A stretch of DNA of 32,707 nt from Tubulanus polymorphus (lineage: Eukaryota; Animalia; Nemertea): the NCBI RefSeq assembly GCF_964204645.1, contig NC_134031.1, positions 21,327,110 through 21,359,816 on the forward strand, written 5' to 3'. Below the pieces are notes generated by a model that had not been told where the DNA came from, searched no databases, and saw nothing but the letters and a program-made list of their open reading frames with translations. The translations under genes were made by a program, and so were the position numbers. This document shows, piece by piece, positions 1-11,626 of the stretch; the first letter of the stretch is position 1, and every line of letters starts with the position of its first letter.

Positions 1-26
1 TAATTTAAATTTATAATAATTATTAT

Positions 27-75
27 AAAACTAATTTATATATCTATGTAGTACATAGATATATAATTTAGTTTT
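27..75. repeat. AT-rich near-perfect palindrome (24-bp arms, 1 mismatch)
   Basis: aaaactaatttatatatctatgta-g-tacatagatatataatttagtttt. Confidence 0.85.
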
Positions 76-194
76 TATAAAAATTAAAAACATAAAATTA
101 TTAATCTAAGTATAGAAATAGTTATAATATAATCTATTTTTATTATTATTAAGAGAAAACATATAATTTATTCATTTTTATATAATTCATTTAA

Positions 195-283
195 TAATTT
201 ATATATCTATATACTAGACGTACGTAAGAATCTAAGAATCTTACTTTCTTACTCGTACGTCTAGTATATAGATATATAAATTA
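195..283. terminator. 30-bp perfect inverted repeat about 30 bp downstream of the ATPase stop; possible 3'-end/terminator hairpin
   Basis: taatttatatatctatatactagacgtacg (195-224) pairs with cgtacgtctagtatatagatatataaatta (254-283). The repeat is seen directly; the function is inferred. Confidence 0.5.
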
Positions 284-312
284 GTTTCTATAATATTCCA
301 AATTATAAATAG

Positions 313-924
313 TTATTTTATAAATTTATATTCATATGGAAATTGTAATCTCAGTAATAATTTTGAACCTTTATTATTCATTAATTTATTCATATATTCA
401 TCATGTAATTCAGTAGGTATAATTTGATTTTCTTCCAATGATTGTTGCATAGATTTTTTATCTTTGTTATAAAATAAAACTAGAAATCTTATATTCTCCC
501 TAAAGTCTTTAACAATTGAATTATATTTTTGATTTAAAACCCATGTTGTTATCCTAAAATGTCTCCCAGAGAAAGCTAGATAACACAACTCTTTTTCTCT
601 CACTTTTGAATCATGTAAATTAGCGCAATCATCTATAATGAATAATTTATTTGATCCTTTATAAGTATCAATTGCTATTTTTATACAATTATCTAAATTT
701 TCTTTTACTATTTTAGGATCTAATATAATAAACTTTTTCATCTTAACTATATCTCTATTATATGTTTTATTCATTTCATAAGTAGGACAGAATAATATTA
801 TATTATCAAAATGATTCTTATAAATAGTTTCTAACAAGTCTAATATGAAATGTGTTTTACCACAATTGGTTACTCCAGTAACTAACCTATTATGCGGTTC
901 AAATATAAATAAATCTTTATTCAT
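313..924 (-). CDS. Polinton DNA-packaging ATPase (A32-like, FtsK/HerA superfamily)
   Basis: Walker A GVTNCGKT, Walker B LFIIDD, SGRH arginine-finger motif and downstream Q sensor (VLNQ); overlaps the integrase stop. Confidence 0.9.
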   Translation of the reverse strand: MNKDLFIFEPHNRLVTGVTNCGKTHFILDLLETIYKNHFDNIILFCPTYEMNKTYNRDIVKMKKFIILDPKIVKENLDNCIKIAIDTYKGSNKLFIIDDCANLHDSKVREKELCYLAFSGRHFRITTWVLNQKYNSIVKDFRENIRFLVLFYNKDKKSMQQSLEENQIIPTELHDEYMNKLMNNKGSKLLLRLQFPYEYKFIK

Positions 925-2029
925 TTATTCTTTTAATTTTACTAGATAAAATCCATTCATCAAATTTATCATCATATCCTTTATATTTCACCAAAGAATA
1001 CTTTTTTCCTTTAAGAGTTTTTGTTTTCAATACTTTTTCTATTTTGTATTCTATTTCATCTGAATTTGGTACAAGTGATAATTCTTGTTCATAGAAATAA
1101 CCTAATATTTCTTCATCTTTTAAATCTTCTAATTTATAAACAAATGGTTTAGTTAATATTATCTTTTTAATCTTGAATATTTCTTCTGTAAAATTTGGGG
1201 TATAACCTTTATAAAATGTTTTTCGATATTTAGATATTCTAACGTGTTGTCCTATTTTAAATTTTGGTTCACCGAAATCATGTGTAACAAACGCTCCATA
1301 TAAATTATTCCAAACTATTTCTGAATTATCTTCTTTTCTAGCTTGTATAGGTTTCATATTTATAGAACTATGTTTAGAATTATTATAACCTTTCACTAAA
1401 TCATCTAACACATCGATATATTTATATGTTTCATTAGCAGTAAAATATTTCCACATTCTAGTTTTCAATGTTTTATTAAATCTTTCTATAATAGATGCTT
1501 TTTTATCTGAATGTGTTGAAAAATATTCTACATCGTTATCAGATAATACTTTTTTAAAATGTTTGTTATAAAATTCCTTACCTTCATCAAATTGTATCTT
1601 ATCTGGAATATCTTCTTTAAATATAGATTTAAAAGCATTTGTTACTTCTATTCCAGTTTTATTTTTGATTGGAATTGACCATGCGTATCTACTGAATATG
1701 TCTATAACATTTAATATCCAGAAATATCCTTTGTTGTATTCCTCTAAGTTCTTCATATCAATTAAATCTGCTTGCCATTGTTGATCAATATATGAAACCA
1801 TAACTTTTCTTGTTAAATAAGTTTTATCCATTTTCTTGTGGATTTGATATGTTGGTTGATTTTGTAACCATGATTTCAATTCACAATATTTTATATTACC
1901 GTGTGGGTGCCGTATGGCGCCATTTTCATTATCAGATTTAATTTTATTCCATAATTCTGAAACGTTAGAATATGATACTTCACTTTCTGGGTTATAATAT
2001 AACTCTCTTAAATATTGTTCTTTTTTCAT
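917..2029 (-). CDS. Polinton retroviral-like (rve) DDE integrase with C-terminal chromodomain
   Basis: WQADLIDM, IDIFSRYAW, QFDEGKEF and IERFNKTLK motifs; chromodomain-like tail YKIEKVL...LVKYKGYDDKFDEWI; intact 370-aa ORF. Confidence 0.95.
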   Translation of the reverse strand: MKKEQYLRELYYNPESEVSYSNVSELWNKIKSDNENGAIRHPHGNIKYCELKSWLQNQPTYQIHKKMDKTYLTRKVMVSYIDQQWQADLIDMKNLEEYNKGYFWILNVIDIFSRYAWSIPIKNKTGIEVTNAFKSIFKEDIPDKIQFDEGKEFYNKHFKKVLSDNDVEYFSTHSDKKASIIERFNKTLKTRMWKYFTANETYKYIDVLDDLVKGYNNSKHSSINMKPIQARKEDNSEIVWNNLYGAFVTHDFGEPKFKIGQHVRISKYRKTFYKGYTPNFTEEIFKIKKIILTKPFVYKLEDLKDEEILGYFYEQELSLVPNSDEIEYKIEKVLKTKTLKGKKYSLVKYKGYDDKFDEWILSSKIKRINE

Positions 2030-2319
2030 CTTATTTTAATCCATTAATAATAATTTAGATTTAGTTTCAATGGCTTTATGATTTGACTTTTTTTCTGGTA
2101 TGATAGGTTTATTATTATTGGAATCATGTTTATCATCAGATTTGAATTTTGATTTATATATTACACCGGATAATATAATAACTGTTACTTATCCAATTGT
2201 AATATATAATTTATAATTACTTCCAGCATTCGAAGAATCAGATGGATTATTATTTGAATCAATATCAGATAATTTCTGTGATTCATTTATATCAGTTAAT
2301 TTCTTTTTCTTAGCTTTTT

Positions 2320-2679
2320 TTAATTCTGAAGATCTTTTAAGTTAAATAACTTAGAATAACATTTGACAATACCATCTGAAATAGAATCATTTATTCGGGC
2401 TAATCTTGCCTCTTCATAAATCTTAAAATATTTTATTTCTTTATCTGGTTTCATAGCATCTAATTCTTGAAAAGTAATAATTCTATTTAAAAACTCTTTA
2501 GTTTTTCCACCGGCAATCAATAGTTCTAGATGATGCTTACAATATAAATAGTATTCATAATCTATATTACAATTAACTTGAGCACAATTAGTTACAACTG
2601 TATCTTTATTATCACTTATACCCAAATCATCTAATGTCTTTTCAATATCAATACTATTCTTATTAGATTTCTTTGACAT
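2320..2679 (-). pseudogene. Polinton hypothetical gene, apparently truncated by an internal deletion near 2340
   Basis: Nearly identical to the ORF starting at 32278 up to ...KCYSKL. It then diverges and stops, whereas the right-hand copy stays open. Confidence 0.7.
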
Positions 2680-2983
2680 TTATATTAGAGAAAAAAAGCA
2701 AAAAAAGATATTATAAGTATTCTTCAAATGATACTAGCTAGTTAAAGCTAAAGAATTCTAGTATTGACTACTGATACTAGCTATTTGAATTTAAAGAATT
2801 TCTATTTGAATCTATTCAAAATATAAAGTATTCTCTTTTTGAAAAGAAAATATTAAAAATATAATAGAATTCACTAGCTAGTTGAAGTTATTGTTTTTTT
2901 ATTATATTTTATTTAAATTCTATTTGATATCTCACTACTATTGTCTATCTATTAGGAGCAGTAATTATAACTGTCCAGATAAG

Positions 2984-3662
2984 TCATTTCGGATCCTTGA
3001 TATCAAATTCCTCAACATATTGTTCACTATTTGGATCATTGTTCCATTGATCAATAAATTTCTTTGCCTTTGTTAACTGTTCTAAATATAACTGTAAATC
3101 TAGTTTATTAGATTTGATTTGATTTTCCTTCTTTTCTAAAGGTCTTAAATTTTTCCAACCCCAAATAAGTTTTTTATTGTATTCATCATTCATGTTAAAT
3201 TTAGATATTGGTAACACGTGATCAATATGGTAATAATCCCCATAATTATCTATATTCATTTTATCATCGAATTGAAATATAATCCACGATTTGAGAAATT
3301 CATCTGAACAACCCAATAAATTAGATAGTGTTTCTGAATGTGTTTCGTTGTTGAATAATTGTGTTAATCTAGATCTTAAGCATTGTTTCAATCTAAAATT
3401 AAGATCTGTTTGATATCTTACCCTCATATATTCTGCCATATAATAATTATAATGTTCTATATTATCTTCTCGATATTGTTTGGTATATAGTTTAAAACAA
3501 GTTTTACAGCAATATTGAAAACCATCTTTGCTAATCTTACGCTTATTAAATTCTGTTATAGCTAATTTATTTAATTCACATTTAGAACACTTCTTGTATT
3601 ATATATTTATGACGCCAGTGTTATTTGGTAATATTGATAGTTTGTGGTTGTTCTGATTCCAT
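2984..3662 (-). pseudogene. Zn-finger/HNH endonuclease-like gene, 5' disrupted
   Basis: Homolog of 31400-32071. The ATG at 3662 (MESEQPQTINIT) is followed by a frameshift and stop. The HIDHVLP...NLRPLEKKENQIKSN motif is retained in 2984-3439. Confidence 0.85.
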
Positions 3663-3952
3663 TTATTATACATATTTTTTTACTTAATTGATTTTAGAAG
3701 TTCAATGATTTATATATGCATTATTTCAATCACACTTTACTAACACTTTTAATGTTTAAAAATCTAACTCATACAAATATGAATATTGAAATAATGTTTA
3801 AAATATATCTATCTATCTATTCTATAAGAGCTCGTTAATTACTCGTTACTTTTTTACTAACACTTTACTCACACTTTTATATTGAATAATCTATCAATTT
3901 ATATGTTATTCATGTAAATTATGTTTATATATATATATATGAATATTCTAAG

Positions 3953-4141
3953 AGTAATAGGGGTAATGGGCTTTCAGGTTAAAGGTTGAAGGGGCGAGTG
4001 AGTAAAAAATGAAAATAACAATAATTTACAGTTGAATTAGGAGTGTGCGCGACTAATTCAACTGTAAATTATAGTTATTTTCATTTTTTTACGAGCTCGA
4101 CCCTTCGACCTTTGATCTGAAAGCCCATTACCCCTATTACT
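3953..4141. repeat. Terminal ~190-bp imperfect palindrome of Polinton I
   Basis: agtaataggggtaatgggctttcagg...tttacagttgaattag [loop 4041-4052] ctaattcaactgtaaa...ctgaaagcccattacccctattact. Confidence 0.92.
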
Positions 4142-5913
4142 CATAGGCATGGTAGGCTTGTCGTACTCACTTAATACCCGGTACCTAAAACGCTGTTGTT
4201 ACCTGTACGTGACTGTACGGTGATTTCTACAGGTTAGCCGTATGTGAGTATGTTGACGCTCAGACTTGCAATATTGGGATTCGAAACCAAACGGAAAAAA
4301 AATCCAGTTGTAGTCCAGTGATTTACCCACTGTGCCACAGAACGTAACTGCAGGGTCGATGAAATTTGATATAAAAATAGCCTAGCATCACCTAACCCAA
4401 ACTCTATTCTTTCACGCATGCACGTTTGCAGATTATAGGAACTCACTTACGGCCTTTTTAGGGAACTCACGTACGGTTAACCTGTGGATATCACCATACC
4501 GTCACGTACGGGTAACAACTTCGTACTTAAGAAATGGTATTGGCTACTAGGAACTCACGTACGGCGTTAGTAGGGAACTTACGTACGGTTAACCTGTGGA
4601 GATCACCATACAGTCACGTACGAGTAACAACTACGTACTTACTGGTATTGGCTACTATATAATAGGCCTATATACAAATAGATACAAGTACTGCGGTAGG
4701 CTTTCGTAGCTTTCACACTTCACAACCGAACCAACTGACCAACCAGTATATTTATTCCCAGTACGCACCAACCGGCACAGGCCTAACACTGTTTGTCAAC
4801 TGTGTGTACCGTAGTAGGCTTTCGATAATCACCTGATACATTCGGTCGTTTGTTTTCTGAGCTCAGACCACTATTTCAAAATCTTCTATATCCTATAGTA
4901 AAAACAAGAAATTCGAGAGTTTAGTTCATATATAAGCGCGTAAATTCAGGGGAAATCCTGCTTATGGCTCATAGGCCAGCATCTTAGCTACGCATTGAAG
5001 TGGTTTTCGCCCCACATACCCAACCTACCTTTTGAAATAATCAAACCTTTAGAAAGGAGGGGTATCCCAGTACAGGTATGCCAGTACATCCGAGCCAAAT
5101 ATCTAAGGGAATCCCCCACCGTGTTTGGTACCCTCACTCAAAGCAAAAAAAGTCCAGGGAATCCCTTATTTCATCATCAATCTGTCTCTCAGGATCAATG
5201 GATTTCATACATATAACCGAAATTCGTTACCTATCCCATTTGCAGAAATTATGGCAACATTTATGGGGGACCTCTTCTTCACTCTAGGTACTATTTTTGG
5301 GGTCCGGCCCTACGCATCTTCGAGCTACTAACCTAATTGTGGTCTGATGCCTTCTCTCTGAGACGAACGTAATTCTAGCAGCCCTCCGCGACTCAACGGC
5401 CTTGATTTAAACTTGACCAATTCAAAATCTGTTTACTGACGCTTTTGGTTACATGAACTGATCAGCAATATACCTAAATGAAATAACCGGAATAACAAGA
5501 AATCAAAAATATTAAAGAGGTAACAAACAAATGCCCGTAAACCTGTCAGACACGCGAACGCCGGACTCGTAAACTCTTGGACTCGGACCCGCTGAGCAAT
5601 AAATTCATAAAATTGACTTTGAAATTGATTGTGGAGAAGAGAGGGAATAATTCGATAGCTCTTCCTCATAAAGAAGAGAGAAATTTCGGAAAGAAAACAC
5701 AACATGGCTACTAATTGAACGGAGCCAAATTTCCGATGTTTACGGCTCGACAGTGCCTTTATAACGTGGATTTATCAAAATTCCCATGCAGTATCTGGAG
5801 ATTGAAGTGAGCTGAAGGATATCATACGGATTGTATCGGTGATAGCGGTAAGGTAAGGAAGCCTTTACACTTTTAACAAAAACTGTGAGGAAAAGGGAAA
5901 ATAAAAATAATAA
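4142..5913 (-). mobile_element. HINE (Helentron/DINE-1-like non-autonomous element) subfamily B, copy B1 body; cut on the left by Polinton I and on the right by the A-subfamily array
   Basis: Colinear with 25567-27560 (copy B2); its terminal segment resumes at 11627. Confidence 0.75.
4270..4343 (-). promoter_or_regulatory. tRNA-derived (SINE-head-like) Pol III A-box/B-box unit
   Basis: On the minus strand, A box TGGCACAGTGG (4337-4327) and B box GGTTTCGAATCCC (4288-4276) at tRNA-like spacing; no intact cloverleaf. Confidence 0.6.
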
Positions 5914-7793
5914 ATATAGCTGCAAAGCAGCGATAACGGGTTTCTGCCTTGCTGGATACAATGTCGTTCAAGGGTGCGTGCAAACATTTCACCGAAAGGA
6001 GCGCCACCTAGGGGTCAACTTATGACATGGATATGTTGACCCACAAGGGCTACTACGCGCAAAGTACCAAGTTTAAAGGAAATCGAGAATAGCGAAGATA
6101 CAGTATTTTTACTTTTCCCTAGTGACAGTTGTATGAACTAATTTTGGCGGTTTGCGTACTATACTTATGTATATGTACTCACACCAGGTTTTTGTTTAGG
6201 TCTATCATAAAATGACTGAATTACACGTAAGGAAACGGATGTTAGAATGGGTTTTCGAAATGTACGCGCCTTACTGGTTAGAATAGGAACTTATTATGTG
6301 AGGGGTTCGTTGTATCTCATATCCAGGTATACGTGTATCAATTTTCATTAAATCCCTCTATCCGCTTAGTAGATATGAACAAAAATGTATTTCCAGCAAA
6401 ATGTAGGTGGCGCTCCTGAAGAACCATATAAGTTACCTACTTAAACCATACATCACTTCAAGTGTCTTGAAAAGGGCTGCTTACCACACATTGCAACCTC
6501 GATTCTGTCGCCAACGGTTAAGGACCTAGGACAAAAATCGTAGTTTTCACAGTCCCCTGGTGGCAGTTGTATGAACTATTTATGCAGGATGGCATATTAC
6601 ACACATGTCTTTGTACTTATATCAAGTTTTGTGATTTTCACAATAAACAGACCGCATTAAATGCGAAAAATGGATGCTGAAATCGATTTTTCAAAATTTA
6701 CGCCCCCTAGTGGTTAAAATGGGAACTAATCATATGAGGGTTTCGTTTCGTTTAGTAACCAGGTACATGTGTATCAATTTTTATAGAAATCCATTGATAC
6801 CCTTAGTCGATATAGATGAAAATGCATATTCTTATATGTGGCGCTACTGGCGAACCATATGAGCTACATAGTTATACCATACATCAATACAAGCGTCTTC
6901 CCAAGGGCTACTGGTCACTCGTTGCAACCACAATTCTATCTGCACCGGTTAAGGAGCTAGGAGCAAAAATCTCTTTGAAAAATTTGGGGTCCCATTTATT
7001 TCGAGCCCGTAGAGCTCAAACCGTTAATTGCAGATAGGGCGTGCCACTGACTTTTTTAACCTCCTGGCTATTATGAACAACTTTCGGGCTCGGCCAAAGC
7101 TGAAAACTCAAAGACAAACATTTTTCTCACACAGTAACTTTTCGATGTCAGAATTTCAAAAGTAAAACGCCCCCTGGTAGGTGAACGGGGTCCCCAATCA
7201 AAGATCCCTTCGACTTACCTCAAGGTACCTGTGTTCCTTACATCTCACGTAAGTTTGAAGTAAATCCGTTACTCAATAGTCTTGTTACTAGCCCAATTCG
7301 AAGTATTAAAGCCTATATATGATGCTCTCTATCTTGTGTTGCCGAATTCGAAGCTATATATGATGCTCTCTTACTTGTGCATACGACACAAACAAGCTAT
7401 AAAAATTCCTCAGTTGCGTTCAGTCGAGCAATGTCCTAATTCAACAATCGACTCTTAGAGGAGGTAAAAATATCACTACTGCTTATGTATTTACTACAGA
7501 TCTAGAACAACACAGCTCTATCAATATAAGGATACACACACAAACACACGTACTTAGGAGGCGCTGTGGGATAAGACACGTATATAATACATATACGTAT
7601 ATGGATACTGTTTGAATCGGGCTTAAATTTCGATGTTTAGAGGCTCACAGTGAGTAAACAGTGCAATTCTAATTATATCATATACAGTATTTGTCAATGC
7701 AGCGTAGTACTTGTGATACAGAATGGTTTCACCGACAGTGAAAGTAAATTGCAGTTGTTTATATCCTTTCCGTAAGATCCAGTGTGAAAAAGA

Positions 7794-7839
<46 letters not shown>

Positions 7840-7885
7840 CAGCAGGAATACAATAGGGTTTCTGCAAAGGCAGCAGAAACCCTAA
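5914..7885 (-). mobile_element. HINE subfamily A, copy A1 (complete)
   Basis: Left end: hairpin gctgc-aaa-gcagc plus subTIR gggtttctgc. Right end: (AAT)n followed by the stem-loop agggtttctgc..gcagaaaccct-aa. Internal ~430-bp duplicated unit; no TSD. This matches the DINE-1/Helentron end architecture. Confidence 0.75.
7795..7839. repeat. (AAT)n microsatellite in HINE A1
   Basis: Perfect AAT run; it explains the spurious poly-N and poly-Y ORFs. Confidence 0.95.
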
Positions 7886-9640
7886 ATATAGCTGCAAAGC
7901 AGCGATAACGGGTTTCTGCCTTGCTGGACGAGGAGCGCAACCTAGGGGTCAGCTGATAACATGGCTATGTTGATTCACATGGGATACTACGCGAAAAGTT
8001 CTAATGTACCAAGGTTAGGGGAAATGACAACGAGAATAACGAAGATACGGTACTTTTACCATGCCCAAGTGGTCGGTAATTTGCCGGTTAGCGTACTACT
8101 GAATTACAATCGAAAAAACTGATGCTAGAATGAGTTTTCAACATTAATGCCCCTAGTGGTTAGAATAGGAACTAATTATGTTAGGGATTCGTTGTATCTT
8201 ATATCCAGGTACATGTATATCAATTTTCATAGAGATCCTTTTATCCTCTTAGTAGCTATCAATGAATATGCATTTCCAGCAAAATGTAGGTGGCGCTCCT
8301 GGAGAAGCATATAATTTACCTACTTAAAACATACATAAATACAAGTATCTTGAAAAGGGCTACTAACCACACATTGCAACCTCGATTCTATCGCCAACGG
8401 TTAAGGACCTAGGAGCAAAAATCGTTGTTTTCACATTCCCCTAGTGGCAGTTGTATGAACTAATCATGCAGGATGGCATATTACACACATGTCTTTGTAC
8501 TTATACCAAGTTTTGTGATTTTCATAATAAACAGACCTCATTAAATGCGAAAAATGGATGCTGAAATCGATTTTTCAAAATTTACGCCCCCTAGTGGTTA
8601 AAATGGGAACTAATCATATGAGGGGTTCGCTTCGTTTTGTAACCAGGTACATGTGTATCAATTTTTATAGAAATCCATTGATACCCTTAGTCGATATAGA
8701 TGAAAATGCGTATTCCAGCGTCTTATAGGTGGCGCTACTGGAGAACCATATGAGTTACATAGTTATACCATACATCAATAAAAGCGTCTTCGCAAGGGGT
8801 ACTGATCACTCATTGCAACCACGATTCTATCTCCAACGGTTAAGGAGCTAGGAGTAAAAATCTCATTAAAAATTTTGGGGGCCCATTTTCTAGCCCGTAG
8901 AGAGCCCAAACGATTAATCGCAGATAGGGCGTGCCATTCACTTTTTTAACCTCCGAGCTGTTATGAACAACTTTCGTGCTCACCCGAAGCTGAAAAGTCA
9001 AAGACAAAAAATTTTCTCACACAGTAACTTTTTGATGTCAGAATTTTCAAATGTAAAACACCCCCTGGTGGGTGAACGGGGTCCCCGATCTAAGATCCCA
9101 TCGACTTACCTCAAGGTACCTGTGTTCCGTACATCTCACGAAAGTTTCAAGTAAATCCGTCAAGGAATATTGCAATGCTTACAGAATATAGCCATCCAGG
9201 CTCTCGCGTATAGATACCGTAGCTGCATTCATTAGCTCTATCCAGGGAAGTTACTGCAAGGGCTATTGCTTGTATATGCGGCACAAAAATTCCTCAGTTG
9301 CGTTCACTCGAGACTGACCCCATTCAGTGCGCCACATATATATAAAGATACTCAAAAACTACAGATCTAGTACACCAGCTCTATCACTGCTTATATGGAC
9401 ACTGACACAAACAGACGCACTGACGCGCTGTTGCAATAACACGTAGGTAATACACATACGTAGATGGATACTGTTTGAATCGGGCTTAAATTTCGATGTT
9501 TAGAGGCTCACAGTGAGTAAACAGTGCAATTCTGATTAATATCACGTACAGTATTTGTCAATGCAGCGTAGTACTTGAGATACAGAATGGTTTCACCGAC
9601 AGTGAAAGTAGTGTGAAAAAGAATATAATAATAATAATAA
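7886..9640 (-). mobile_element. HINE subfamily A, copy A2 (head-to-tail with A1; lacks its right-hand terminus)
   Basis: Starts atatagctgcaaagcagcgataacggg immediately after the A1 end; ends in (AAT)n joined directly to A3. Confidence 0.75.
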
Positions 9641-11536
9641 ATATAGCTGCAAAGCAGCGATAACGGGTTTCTTCCTTGCTGGATAAGGAGCGCCATCTAG
9701 GGGACAGCTGAGAACATGACTAGGTATGACTGCAGTTTAGGTGTCCCTAATGGTTATGTACCTAACCTTACCATAACACTATTCTTTAATAACACTAGCG
9801 CCACCCAGTGGATAGGTGACCCAAACTGCAGTTAGACCCATGGCTTTATTGATCCAAATGGGCTACTACGCGAAAAGTTCTAATGTACCAAGGTTAGGGG
9901 AAATGACACCGAGAATAACAAAGATACGGTACTTTTACCGTGCCCAAGTGGCCGGGAATTTGCCGGTTAGCATACTACTGAATTACAATAGAAAAAACTG
10001 ATGCTACAATGAGTTTTCAACATTAACACCCCCTAGTGGTTAGAATAGGAACTCATTATGTTAGGAATTCGTTGTATCTTATATCTAGGTATATGTATAT
10101 AAATTTTCATTGAAATCCCTTTATCCGCTTAGTAGATATCAATTAAAATTCATTTCCAGCAACTTGTAGGTGGCGCTTCTAGAGAACCATATGAGTAACC
10201 TACTTAAACCATGCATCAATACAAGTGTCTTGTAAAGGGCTACTAACCACACATTCAAACAACCATTCCATTGGCAACGGTTAAGAGCCTAGGAGCAGAA
10301 ATCGTTGTTTTCACGGTCCCCTGGTGGTAGTTGTATGACCTAATCATGCAGGTTGGCATATTACACACATTTCTGTGTACTTATACCAAGTTTTGTGATT
10401 TGCATAATAATCAGACCGCATTACATGCGAAAAATGGATGCTGAAATGAGTTTTTAAAATTTACGCCCCCTAGTGGTTAAAATAGGAACTAATTATGTGA
10501 GGGGTTCTTTGTATTTAGTAACGAGGTACATGTGTATCAATTTTTATAGAAATCCATCCACACGCTTAGTCGATATAGATGAAAATGCGTTATCCAGCAT
10601 TTTATAGGTGGCGCTACTGGAAAACCAAATGAGTTACATGGTTAAACCTTACATCAATACAAGCGTCTTGTCAAGGGCTACTGATCACTCATGCAACCAC
10701 GATTCTATCTCTAACGGTTAAGGAGCTAGGAGCAAAAATCTCATTAAAAATATTTGGGGCCCATTTAAGAGCCCCTAGAGCCCAAACGGTTAATCGCAGA
10801 TCGGGCGTGCCACTGACTTTTTTAACCTTCGGGCTGTTATGAACAACTTTCGTGCTAACCTGAAGCTGAAAAGTCAAACACAAAAATTTTTCTTACACAG
10901 TAACTTTTCGATGTCAGAATTTTCAAAAATAAAACGCCTCCTGGTGGGTGAACGGGGTCCCCAATCAAAGATCCCTTCGACTTACCTCAAGGTACCTGTG
11001 TTCCGTACATCTTGCGTAAGTTTCACGTTAATCCGTTACGAAATAGTCTTGTTACTAGCCGAATTCGAAGTATTAAAGCCTATATACTGATATATGATGC
11101 TCTCTTACTTGTGTATACGACACAAACAAGCTATAAAAATTCCTCAGTTGCGTTCAGTCGAGCAATGTCCTAATTCATCAATCGTCCTTAGAGGAGATAA
11201 AAATATCACTACTGCTTATGTGTTTACTACAGATCTAGAACAACCCAGCTCTATCAATATAAGGACACAAACACAAACACACGTATTTAGGAGGAGCTGT
11301 GGGAATAAGACACGTATACAATACATACACGTATATGGATACTGTTTGAATCGGGCTTAAATTTCGATGTTTAGAGGCTCACAGTAAGTAAACAGTGCAA
11401 TTCTAATTAATATCATATACAGTATTTGTCAATGCAGCGTAGTACTTGTGATACAGAATGGTTTCACCAACAGTGAAAGTAAATTGCAGTTGTTTATATC
11501 CTTTCAGTACGATCCAGTGTGAAAAAGAATATAATC

Positions 11537-11573
<37 letters not shown>

Positions 11574-11626
11574 TAATAATCAACAGAATTACAATAGGGT
11601 TTCTGCGAAAGCAGCAGAAACCCAAA
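9641..11626 (-). mobile_element. HINE subfamily A, copy A3 (complete)
   Basis: Same termini and internal blocks as A1; degenerate (AAT)n at 11531-11580; end gggtttctgcgaaagcagcagaaaccc. Confidence 0.75.

Larger units (their letters stand above)
1..4141 (-). mobile_element. Polinton/Maverick (adintovirus-like) element I, one end; runs off the left edge of the window
   Basis: ATPase, rve integrase, hypothetical and HNH genes co-oriented on the minus strand in very AT-rich DNA. The terminus reads 5'-AGTAATAGGGG from 4141 (Polinton ends begin AG). There is a sharp junction with a HINE repeat whose uninterrupted copy lies at 25567. Confidence 0.9.

Noticed and set aside
2882-3076. Plus-strand 64-aa ORF
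   Set aside because: TTG start, antisense to the HNH 3' end, and not conserved in element III.
4270-4343. Functional tRNA gene
   Set aside because: A and B boxes are present, but the acceptor and anticodon stems do not pair convincingly and a T-run lies between the boxes.
7861-7885. Telomeric (CCCTAA/TTAGGG) seeds at HINE ends
   Set aside because: Single hexamers that form part of the subterminal inverted repeat; no tandem array.
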